From NCBI GenBank assembly GCA_030265395.1, contig JARFYF010000022.1:21725442-21787232 (forward strand): a stretch of DNA of 61,791 bases, written 5' to 3'. The notes beneath the pieces are model-generated. The model saw nothing but the letters and a program-made list of their open reading frames with translations, made no database searches and was not told the DNA's origin. Origin of the DNA: Rhina ancylostomus. Its lineage: Eukaryota. Shown in pieces: positions 1 through 9,988 of the stretch (the first letter of the stretch is position 1; each line of letters starts with the position of its first letter). The translations under genes were made by a program, and so were the position numbers.

Positions 1-56
1 GCTGAGGACCAAAGTTTTAGACGGGGCAGAGTTTGTTAAGGGTGTCCAGGACAGAT
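1..56 (+). mobile_element. CR1 LINE ORF2 endonuclease fragment
   Basis: ttagacggggcagagtttgttaagggtgtccagga translates LDGAEFVKGVQ, typical of the CR1 APE domain; truncated by the window edge. Confidence 0.55.
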
Positions 57-65
57 GGGACCTAC

Positions 66-390
66 GTGCACTTTAGTCACCCTTTTCCACTTTATTTAAT
101 TATAGAAACTTTTACTATCTGTTTTTCTATTTTGTGCTAATTTACTTACATAATCTCTCTTCCCTTTCCTTATTACTTGCTTTGTGGTTCTTTGCTTTTT
201 AAAGTTTTCCCAATCTTCCAGTTTCCCATTACTCTTAGCGACATTGTATGCATGAGCTTTTAGCTTGATGCCTTCTTTTATGTCCTTAGTTATTCAAGGC
301 TGGCTCTCTGCACCCTTACTGTTCTTGCTTTTGACTGGAATATACTTTTGTTGAGCACAGTGAAAAATCTCTTTGAAAGTTTTCCACTGT
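66..390 (-). mobile_element. CR1 LINE ORF2 fragment (inverted paralogue of 5015-5340)
   Basis: Reverse complement aligns by eye with 5015-5340 (aaaactttcaaagagatttttcac...caacaaaagtatattccagtcaaaagcaag...catcaagctaaaagctcatgcatac...ctggaagattgggaaaactttaaaaa). Confidence 0.85.
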
Positions 391-1139
391 TAATCCCATA
401 CTGAGTTGTATTAATTTATTTGAATCAAGTTTTCTATTAAATCTTTAGTGCTTGTAATACTTGTTTTTGTTTAAAATGATGAGATTGCAAAGTGGAAGCT
501 CTTGGGCAAAATATTATTTACACCTTTGTGTTTTTATTGTAATGGATTGTGACAAAAACAGCAAAATGTAGGGGAAGAGAAATTTTAAAAAAGAATAAGA
601 CAACAGAATTTGTCTTATTGTTGTTTCTAAAATTAAGGCTATATTTAACCCTGTGTTAATGCGAGATATTTGTGCTCTGAAGTTTTTTTGGCTGGGGATC
701 AGAGCCAAGTTAATGAGCTATTTGGGATTTCAGGAAACACAACTCATGACTAATGCAAAAGGTGAAGAAAAATTGTGCATGGTGAAGTTTGGGCAAAAAT
801 CAAGTGAAATTTGGACATAAATTTCCTTGGAAAAACTCAGTGCAATAATGGCTGTCAGCTGGTTGCTATGGCCAAAATTATGAAGAAATCTCCATCCAGA
901 AAATACAATAGAATAATCATTTGAGCTGCAGAGCAAAACAAATTGGCAAATAGTTTGCTTTCTAATATGGACCCAGACTAATATCAGCAACATGATAAGG
1001 CAACTGCAAATTATCACTGCAGTGGAGAGATTTGTGATGATGCAAGATTTTAATGTTCCATTAACTTGTTTAATACCATATCATGATTTTGAAACCAATC
1101 CAATTTTTGACATGCAGTGAATTACTCTATGAACTGTTG

Positions 1140-1385
1140 TGAGTGTTGTTAAGAATCTGTAGCACCCTGTCTGTATGGAGCAAATATGGAACAAACATCA
1201 AAGGGAAAACTGTCCAATTTATATTTGCTTATTTTGATTGAGGCTAGCACATTAACTGGGAGATTATCTTGATCCTAGGAGAACTTGTTCTTTGAACAGT
1301 CCCATGAAATCTTTTCAACCATAATTATATGCAAATAAGACTTTGGTTGAATGTCTCATTTGAAAGACGAGTACTGGGAAGTTCA
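1140..1385 (-). mobile_element. SacSINE1/DeuSINE relic, Deu-domain part
   Basis: tttgaacagtcccatgaaatctttt...ttggttgaatgtctcatttgaaagacg resembles the reverse of the Deu core (cgtctttcggatgagacgttaaacc...aaagatcccatggcactatt); recognised from memory. Confidence 0.6.
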
Positions 1386-1589
1386 ATCCTAGTCGGCAGT
1401 GCCCCATGCTTATGATGTAGAATTGGAGAGCGCTTAAACTAATCGGGCAAAGAAATAGGGCATGGAATAAATATATGTGGATGCTGGTTGGGGGGGTGGT
1501 TTGCAGAGAGGCAGGGAGAGGTACAGTCAAATATAGAAGAAAAGCTGTCAGTCCAGTAGACAAAGCATACATATGTGTAATACAGCACA

Positions 1590-1803
1590 TTACAAGGAAT
1601 GCAAGGCTGCATTGCATCTGTTTTAACACATGGAGTCTGACTAGAAAGGCAGATGAACTGACGGTGTTAATTAGCAATGATAATACGATAGATAATTTAA
1701 CCATCACAGAGGCATGGGTGAAAGTGAGACAGGGAGGCACCTTGGTCAGCGTGGATGAGTTGGACTGAAGGGCCTGTTTCTGTGTTGTGTACTCTATGAC
1801 TCC
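1590..1803 (+). mobile_element. Internally deleted CR1: ORF2 N-terminus joined to the CR1 3' tail
   Basis: LHCICFNTWSLTRKADEL...LTITEAW (APE motif I) is followed directly by ttggtcagcgtggatgagttggactgaagggcctgtttctgtgttgtgtactctatgactc, the CR1 3' end. Confidence 0.75.
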
Positions 1804-1807
1804 AAAG

Positions 1808-2028
1808 ATGTTTTCACTAGGGTTGTTTGGAATTTGGAGCACAATCCCTGTGGGAATGGTGGAGGTAGCAATCCTCACAGTATTTACGAAGTATTTAAAC
1901 AAGCATGTGAACCACAAAGACAGAGAAGGCTATGGAGCAACTGCTAGTAAGTGGAATTAATAGAGATTGATAGTTGGAATGGACATGATAGGCCTAATAG
2001 CTTGTGTTTGTGCTCTATGACAATATGA
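1808..2028 (+). mobile_element. CR1 3' end fragment (older)
   Basis: atggtggaggtagc...atttacgaagtatttaaacaagcat...atggacatgataggcctaatagcttgtgtttgtgctctatgac. Confidence 0.65.
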
Positions 2029-2187
2029 ACTCATTGTACTGAGCTTTTGAATTTCAGTTCCATTGAATTTGCTGCAATATAATGCATTTAGTACTCCTAA
2101 CCAGGTATGAATTTCTAGGTGAAGATCAACAACAGTGTTCTGTCATTTCTGCATGGAACATCACACCAGATGACATGTTCATTTCTT

Positions 2188-2243
2188 GGAGTGGGATCTT
2201 TCACTCAAAGGTGAGAATGCTACCAAATGAGTCAAGTTAACAC
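2188..2243 (-). mobile_element. SacSINE1/DeuSINE 5' (tRNA-like head) relic
   Basis: ggagtgggatctttcactcaaaggtgagaatgctaccaaatgagtcaagttaacac resembles the reverse of the SINE head; probably the same element as 1140-1385, split by CR1 insertions. Confidence 0.5.
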
Positions 2244-3156
2244 TACTAAGCTAACACATACTATTTGTAAGGAGAAAGGTCAGGAAACTTGCAAGTTATG
2301 CAACATTTAGAGCTTTAGTATTGGTGATCTGCTTATTGTTCAGTGTCATAGATTTGATTAGAAAATCATGCTGGTGAGGTAACAAGAATCTGAGGGGCCA
2401 TCTGGAGAAATTTGGAAGAGATGGCTAGTTTTCAGTTTTCAAAACTCCACATAAATTGATGCTTTCAGTGGCAGAATAAAATAAACCAAAAAAGTAGAAG
2501 AAAGCATTAATTTAATGCAAGAAATGATTAGTTTATTTACAGATGTTAGCTGTAAGAATAAACAAATTGGTGAGGTTAGGCTTCAGGAAGTGTTCATGGA
2601 GCGTATTCAGGATGAATGCTCTTGCAGGAGTTAGGATTTGGAGTGGGAGATTTGAAAAGAGGTGAGTCTCTGTGCTCATGCTTGGGAGTTTCACCTTGCA
2701 GGAGTCCAAAAGAGGCACATTTGCACATTGTTAATAGTTGATTGGCTCATTGGCAAGTTAACAGCAACCAATAAGAAGAAGTAAAGGGTCAAGTGGAGCA
2801 GCCATAGTGAGAGTGGGCCAGTATTAGACTGGGGAGCTGAGGCTTTGGCTCAAGAGGCTTCAGCAAGAAGAGGCGAAGGAGTTGGCGACTTGGAGCAAAA
2901 GTGGGAGATTAGAAAAGAAGTGAGTCTTGTTGCTTGCTTGTGAATTTCACTTGCAGGAATTTAAGAGATAAGTCAGCTAATTGTTAGTTAATAGATAGTT
3001 AATTATCAGCAGTTAATAGAAAGTTAGGGTCAAGCGGAGTGGCCATTTTGGAGCAGCCATTTTGAGAGAAGGAGGGTGATCAGCACTAAGATAAGGGTAG
3101 GTTAGGTTCTTATTTATTTTTTCTGTCTCTTTATTTTCCCTCAAAGCTTTCTAGTC

Positions 3157-4094
3157 ATGCCAGGTGAGCTCAGACCCGTGTGATGCTCCTCCTGCGCAAT
3201 GTGGGAACTCAGGGAGGCTGCCAGTGTTCCTGATGACTACGTGTGCAGGAAGTGTGTCCAGCTGCAGCTCCTGACAGACCGCATGACCGCACTGGAGCTG
3301 CGCGTGGATTCACTTGGGAGCATCTGCGATGTTGAGAATGTTGTGGATAGCATGTTCTTTGAGTTGGTCACACCACTGTTTAAACGTCTAGGGAAAGATA
3401 GGGAATTGATGACCCAGCAGCTGGAAGGTACTGCAGGAATCCCCTGCAGTAATCTCCCTCCAAAACAGATATACCGCTGTGGACACTGTTGGGGGAGATG
3501 GCTCATCAGGGGGAGGAAGCAGTAGCCGGGATCATGGGACTGTGAGTGACGCTGCTGCACAGGAGGGCAGAAAAAAGAGCGGCAGAGCCGTAGTGGTAGA
3601 GGATACCGTGGTAAGAGGAATAGACAGGAGCTTCTGTGGCTACAAATGGGACTCTTGGTTAATGTGCTTGCTTCCCAGGTGCAAGGGTCAAGGATGTCTC
3701 AAAGTGGCTGCAGGGCATTCTGGAAGGGGAGGGTGAACAGCCAGTTGTCATAGTGCATGTAGGTACCAACCATATAGGAAAAAAGAGGGATGAGGCCCTA
3801 TAAGCCAAATTTAGGGAGCTAGGAGATGGAGTAAAAAGTAGGACCTCAAAGGTAATAATTTCAGGATTACTATCTGTGCCATGTGCTCATCAGAGCAGGA
3901 ATAGCGGCATAGGTAGGATAGATATTTGGCTTGAGCAGTGGTGCAGGAGGGAGGATTTCAGATTCCTGGGGCATTGGAACTGGTTCTAGGGGCAATGGGA
4001 CCTGTACAAACCAGACGGTCTACACTTGGGCAGGACTGGCATCAATGTCCCAGGAGGATTGTTTGCCGGTGCTGTTAGGGAGGGTTTAAACTAA
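3157..4094 (+). pseudogene. CR1 ORF1 (zinc finger + SGNH/GDSL esterase), disrupted
   Basis: ATG 3157, in-frame TGA 3181, CSSCAMWE...YVCRKC; RAVVVEDTVVRG, PGARVKDV, VHVGTN, ISGLL and DGLHL blocks across frameshifts; ends ggtttaaactaa. Confidence 0.9.
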
Positions 4095-4234
4095 TGTGGT
4101 AGGGAGATGGGAGTCCATGCAGAAAGACAGAGGGAAGCAAAGCAGAGACCAGAGCAAAAGTTGAGAAGAGTAAGAGTGGAGTTCAGAAAAGTCAAACACA
4201 AAGGACACAAAGGTTACTAGATTCTAATGGGACA

Positions 4235-6314
4235 ATGAGTGTAAGGGCACTTTATCTGAATGCCCGTAGTATTCAAAACAAGGTCAGTGAACTTGTGGCA
4301 TAAATCAGTACAAAGGGGCATGGTTTAGTGGCCATTACAGAAACATGGTTGCAGGGTGGAGACAAGTGGGAATTAAATATACAAGAGTATCAGGTAATAC
4401 TGAAGGATAGGCAGGAAGGTAAGGGGGATGGGGTAGCGATCTTAATTAAGGATGAGATCAGGGCAATGGTGAAAGATGATATAAGATCTAGGGAGCAGAA
4501 TGTTGAATCCATCTGAGTAGAGATTAGGAACAGTAAAGGGAAGAAATCACTAGTGGGAGTAGTCTATAGGCCACCATATAATAGTATTACAGTGGTGCAT
4601 GCAATAAACCAAGAAATATTTGATGCGTGTACGAATGGAACGGCAGTTGTCATGGGGGACTTTAACTTGCATATCGATTGGGTGAATCAAGTTGGTCAAG
4701 GCAGCCTTGAGGAAGACTTCATAGAATGTATCCATGATAGCTTTCTTGAACAGCATGTTAGTGAACCTACAAGGGAAAATGGTATCTTAGATCTGGTCCT
4801 GTGCAATGAGACAGGTAAAATTAATGATCTTCTAGTCAGGGATCATCTTGGAAAGAGTGATCATATTATGATTTAATTTCCTCATAGAAATGGCGGGTGT
4901 AATAGTTTGATCTAAAACCAGTATATTATGCCTAAACAAGGGAGACTACAATGGGATGAGGGAGAGTTGGCTAGCGTAGATTGGAACCACAGACTACAAG
5001 CTGGGACACTTAAGGAACAGTAGAAGACTTTCAAAGAGATTTTTCACAGTACTTAACAAAAGTATATTCCAGTTAAAAGCAAGGTCAGTGAGGGTGGGGA
5101 GAGCCAACCTTGGATAACTAGGGAAATAAAAGAAAGCATCAAGCTAAAAGCTCATGCATACAAAGTTGCCAAGAGTAGTGCAAAACTGGAAGATTGGGAA
5201 AACTTTAAAAAAACAATAAAGAAACACAAAGCAAGTAATAAGGGAAGCTAGATTAAGGAAGTAAATTAGCACAAAATATAAAAACAGATGGTAAAAGTTT
5301 TTATAATTATATGAAGTGGAAAAGGGTGGCTAGTGAACATTGGTCCCTTGGAAGATTAGAAGGGGGAGCTAATATTGGGTAATGTGGAAATGGCTGAGGC
5401 CTTGAATGACTGTCAGTCTTCACGGTGCAGAACACATCTAATATGCCAAAAAGAGACGTTATGGATGCGATGGGAGATGAGGACCTCGATACAGTTGCTG
5501 TCACTAAAGAGGTAGTGATGAGCAAACTAGTAGGAAGTAAACAAGTCTCCTCATTATGATGGGATGCATCCCAGGGTACTGAAAGAAATGGCAAAAGTTA
5601 CAGTAGAGGCACTTGTGATAATTTACCAAAATTCTCTGGACAGGTCCTGGTGGATTGGAAGACAGAGAATGTCACGCAACTGTTTAAAAAAGAATGTAGG
5701 CAGAAGACTGGTAACTAGAGGCCAGTTAGCTTAATGTCTGTAGTCGGGAAAGTGCTTGAAGCTATTATTAAGGAAGAAATAGCGAGACATCTGGATAGAA
5801 GTGGTTCCTTCAGGTAGATGCAGCATGGATTCAGGAAGGGAAGGACTTGTTTGACAAACTTATTGGAGTTCTTTGAGGATATCATGAGCACAGTGGATAG
5901 AGGTGAACAGGTGGATATTGTAGGCTTGGATTTCCAGAAGGCGTTTGATAAGGTGCCATATAAAAGAATTATCCATAAGGATGCATGGAGTTGGGGGTGA
6001 TGTATTAGCATAAATAGAGGAATGGTTAACCAATAGAAGGCAGAGAGTTGGGATACATGGGTGTTTCTCTGGTTGGAAATCAGTGGTGAGTGGGGTGCCA
6101 CAGGGGTCAGTGCTGGGCTCACAGCTGTTCACGATATATATTAACGATTTGGAAGAGGCGATCGAGTGTGGCATATCTAAGTTTGCTGATGACACCAAAT
6201 TGAGTGAAAAAGCAAATTGTACAGAGGATGCAGAGAAATATAGATAGGTTAAGTGAGTGGGCAAGGGTCTGGCAGATGGAGTACAATGTTGGTAAATGTG
6301 AGGTCATCCACTTT
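4235..6314 (+). pseudogene. CR1 ORF2 (APE endonuclease + reverse transcriptase), disrupted
   Basis: ORF pieces 4328-4516, 4553-4876, 5818-6000 and 6204 onward carry APE and RT motifs (FADD at ~6182-6193); multiple stops and frameshifts. Confidence 0.92.
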
Positions 6315-6540
6315 NNNNNNNNNNNNNNNNNNNNNNNNNNNNNNNNNNNNNNNNNNNNNNNNNNNNNNNNNNNNNNNNNNNNNNNNNNNNNNNNNNNNNN
6401 NNNNNNNNNNNNNNNNNNNNNNNNNNNNNNNNNNNNNNNNNNNNNNNNNNNNNNNNNNNNNNNNNNNNNNNNNNNNNNNNNNNNNNNNNNNNNNNNNNNN
6501 NNNNNNNNNNNNNNNNNNNNNNNNNNNNNNNNNNNNNNNN

Positions 6541-6632
6541 CCCTCCATGGTTGCTGCCTGACCTGCTGAGTTCCTCCAGCACTTTTTGTGTATTGCTCCA
6601 GATTCCAGCATCTGCAGTATTTCCTGTGTCTC
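6541..6632. mobile_element. Penelope-derived palindromic element, right arm (remainder in gap)
   Basis: gctgcctgacctgctgagttcctccagcac...agattccagcatctgcagtatttcctgtgtctc; near-identical to 44960-45040. Confidence 0.75.
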
Positions 6633-7335
6633 AATTTATTATACAGTGCATTGAGGTAATACAACATAAAACAGATTGCAGAGTAAGTGGTTCAGTTACA
6701 GAGAAAGTGCAGTGCAGGTGAACAAACAAGGTGCATGGCCATAACTAGGTAGATTGTGAGGACAAGAGTCCATCTTATCCTACTAGGGAACCATTCAATA
6801 GTCTTATAACAGTGGGATAGAAACTGTCCTTGAGCCTGGTAGTATGTGTGTTCAGGCTTTTGTATCTTCTGCTTGATGGGATGAGGGAGAAGAGAGAATG
6901 TCTAGGGTGGGTGGGGTCATTGATTATGTTGGCTGCTTTATTGCAGTAGCGAGAAATATGAGTTTCCATGATGTGCTAAGCTGTGTCCACAACTCTCTGC
7001 AGTTTGTCGCAGTCACAGGCAGAGCAGTTGCTATACCAAGTCGTGATGCATCTGGATAGGATATTTTCAGTGGTGCATCGATTAAAAATTGGTGAGGATC
7101 AAAGGGGACAGGCCATATTTCTTTAGCCTCCTGAGGAAGTAGCGGTGCTGGTGATCTTTCTTGGTAATGGTTTCTATGTGGTTGGACCAGGGCAGGCTAT
7201 TGGTGATGTTCATTCCTCTCACCTTCAGCACTGTTGATAGCAGCATGTATATCACCCCACTTCCTGAAGTCAATGACCAACTCTTTTTTTGTTTTGCTAT
7301 CATTGAGGAAAATGTTGTTGTCATGAGACATAATG
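6633..7335 (-). mobile_element. Rex1/Babar-type LINE 3' fragment
   Basis: Minus ORFs HDNNIFLNDSKTKKELVIDFRK, YFLRRLKKYGLSPLILTNF and AANIINDPTHPRHSLF...RRYKSL..TTRLKDSFYP. Confidence 0.85.
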
Positions 7336-7389
7336 TTCAGCAAATATGTTTTCCAGTGAGATAGAAAGGCTCTACGAGAAAGATGCACA

Positions 7390-7998
7390 TCCTTTGCTAA
7401 GTAAAGAAATTATGGATGGTATCAAACTGAAAGAAAATGTGTGCAATGTTGCAAAGATTAATGGTAGGGCAGAAGATTGGGAAATTTTGGAAACCAGCAA
7501 AAGATGACTAAGGATACTTCAAAAAGAGAAAAGATGTAGTATAAGGGTGAACAGACAATTAATACAAAAACAGACTGTCAGAGCTTTTCAAGATGTATAT
7601 GTAGGAAGAAAGTAGCTGAAGTAAACATTGGTCCCTTCAAGGCTGAAATTGGGAAATCAGGCAATGATTGAGATACTGGATAATTATTCTGGATTGGATT
7701 TCATGGTTAAATGCACTAAAAATATCCCTTCAATAATTGATAATCACAGCCCTGTATAAGGATTAACTTAAAACAAACTGTTGATGTTCTAGNNNNNNNN
7801 NNNNNNNNNNNNNNNNNNNNNNNNNNNNNNNNNNNNNNNNNNNNNNNNNNNNNNNNNNNNNNNNNNNNNNNNNNNNNNNNNNNNNNNNNNNNNNNNNNNN
7901 NNNNNNTCCTTGGATTCTGGAGAGGTCACCAATGATTGGAAAACTCCAAATATAATGCCACTATTCAGGAAAGAAAGGAGAGAGAAAACAGGAATCTA
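7390..7998 (+). mobile_element. CR1 ORF2 fragment (older copy; contains N gap)
   Basis: gaagattgggaaattttgg, gtaaacattggtccctt, tccttggattctggagaggtcaccaatgattggaaaact resemble the CR1 EN-RT linker. Confidence 0.7.
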
Positions 7999-8039
7999 AA
8001 AGTTCTGATTACTCTGAATGGGAAAAGGGGCCGATTCAT

Positions 8040-8730
8040 CTGTTCCTGCTTCTTGCATTCATCCATCAGCTCCATGCTCAATGACCACCATTGATCTCCA
8101 GCCTTGCCAGTATATTAGCTTCATATACTCCTCTTCATTTACAGCTCTATCTTTGTACACTTTCTCCACCCTATCAGTTGTCACCTCTGATCCTGGTGTC
8201 TTGTAAACAGCCCCTCCACCCATCCACCCAACTCTACTATTAGTATTGGTTTATTATTATCACTTGTACAGAGGTACAGTGAAAACCTCGTCTTACAAAC
8301 CAATAGTACAGGTCAATTCATTACACAGTGCAGTTACATTGAGTTAGTATAGAGTACATTGATGTAGTACAGGTAAAAACAATAACAGTATAGGGTAAAG
8401 TGTCACAGCTACAGAGAAAGTTCAGTGCAATAAGGTGCAAGATCACATCAAGGTAGATCGTGAGGTCATAGTCCATCTCANNNNNNNNNNNNNNNNNNNN
8501 NNNNNNNNNNNNNNNNNNNNNNNNNNNNNNNNNNNNNNNNNNNNNNNNNNNNNNNNNNNNNNNNNNNNNNNNNNNNNNNNAACCTAAACCTTTCAAACTT
8601 TCTTATACTCCCCTTCATATATATCTGTTCAAATTAGTCACTCTCAACTTTTCTATTGACCAGTATCTGCTCTGTAACATGCCTAAAGATGTTTTCCTCT
8701 TGTAAAGGTGCCACATTATTCCAAATATTA
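8040..8730 (+). mobile_element. Old L2 LINE 3' relic interrupted by a Rex1/Babar tail
   Basis: Pyrimidine-rich catccatcagctccatgctcaatgaccaccattgatctcc... and tail ctctgtaacatgcctaaagatgttttcc...gtaaaggtgc. Confidence 0.4.
8243..8480 (-). mobile_element. Rex1/Babar LINE 3' UTR
   Basis: ttggtttattattatcacttgtacagaggtacagtgaaaa...gtcacagctacagagaaag...aggtagatcgtgaggtc, homologous to 13157-13370 and 47480-47632. Confidence 0.75.
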
Positions 8731-9714
8731 ATTGAAACAGATATCCATGCTTTCTTTGAGCAATGTAGTACTATACTTCCAGTCAAGCACAATTGGTGTA
8801 CAAAATTATGTTGATAATGAAGGCATTGGTAATCTGAGTAGATGATGATAGACTTATGGACCTAAGCATGAAAGTTGACGCATGAGTCTGGCACTTTGGC
8901 CAGAAGAAATGATTCTGTTAGCATGATTTCCAGTTATCGCCTGACCAGTCTGACAAACACCTTTTCCAATTTAGTTACATGCCCTCAAATACTTCTGAGA
9001 AATTTGCAGTGTTGACTGAATGTGTCCTTGCTGTGTGGTCTGTCAAGATTTATCCTTATTATGGTCTTCTGAAGTGCTTTAAGTCTGTCAATCAATTGCA
9101 GTTAATGTGCACAATTCATACAAAGACAATTTGAAGCATTAATCCTGTAATGTGTTGACCTCGCATGTTAACAAAAATGATCAAATTTGCCCAGATTTTC
9201 TGCTCAGCTGCAAGCCACCCACACTCACTGCTGAATTCTAACCAATGTCACCTCCATCATGTTTTGGAGGGTGGAAGGAGATGACAGAACATGCAACGCA
9301 CACATAATGTTGCTAAAACTAGAATGACTAAGCCACATCCATTGGGTTTGGCTGTCTGTCAAATCACTCAATGTCTGACATTCAGAAACAGTCAGCACAA
9401 TTAAAAATTAACAAAGCCTTTAATTTTGAATAAATAAATCTAAAAATGCAGCACTTAATAAAAACACAAATACAATTACTTCTGAAAACATTATTTGTGC
9501 TCTAATGAAATTCTGATTTTTTTACTTAATCACAATTAACATTTTTAAACTGGCTGAAGTGAGTGGGCAAGAAAATGTGAGGTTATCCACTGAAATCCAG
9601 GTTTTGATACATTTAAGAGGTCTGCAGGACCATTTCAGATGATCTTTAATTGTCAACGAGATTATTTTATACCTTTGGTCACATAATGCCCTGTCCTAGT
9701 TAAAAACAGTTTTC

Positions 9715-9905
9715 TTCTCTGAAGGGCATTAGTTAACCAATTGGATCTTGACAATAATCCTGCAGTTTCATGGGCATCATTGTTGATATTAGTGTTTTTC
9801 TTTATTTTAAATTAATTTAATTAATTGAATTTAAATTCCACATCTGCTGTTATGGTATTTGAACTCACACCCCTGGATTATTAGTTTGATAATTTTAGCT
9901 ACACC
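9715..9905 (-). mobile_element. Old tRNA-derived SINE relic
   Basis: gaagggcattagttaaccaattggatc...aattgaatttaaattccacatctgctgttatggtatttgaactc contains a reverse B-box-like gagttcaaatacc. Confidence 0.5.
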
Positions 9906-9941
9906 TTTACCTTTTTTCATGGATTGGTTCCAGGGGTCATT

Positions 9942-9988
9942 GGGGGAGGGGGGGAGGGGGTGGGGGGGGAAGGGAGAGTTGGGGGTGG
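9942..9988 (+). repeat. G-rich tract (G-quadruplex-forming potential)
   Basis: gggggagggggggagggggtggggggggaagggagagttgggggtgg: more than four G-runs with short loops. Confidence 0.8.

Larger units (their letters stand above)
2618..6314 (+). mobile_element. Near full-length CR1 LINE (5' region, ORF1, ORF2 EN+RT), decayed; 3' end lost in N gap
   Basis: ORF1 CxxC...CxxC zinc finger plus SGNH esterase motifs; ORF2 LYLNARS, AITETW, GVVYRPP, MGDFN, LDLVL, SDH, QHGFRKGRTCLTNL, DFQKAFDKV, GVPQGSVLG, KFADDTK, in the expected order. Confidence 0.95.

Noticed and set aside
1315-1917. 200-aa minus-strand ORF
   Set aside because: Antisense to CR1 fragments; no recognisable domain
6119-6667. Long ORFs through N runs (also at 8.3, 10.9, 15.8, 19.3, 28.5, 37.8, 49.7 and 59.7 kb)
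   Set aside because: They are open only because N codons contain no stops; assembly gaps
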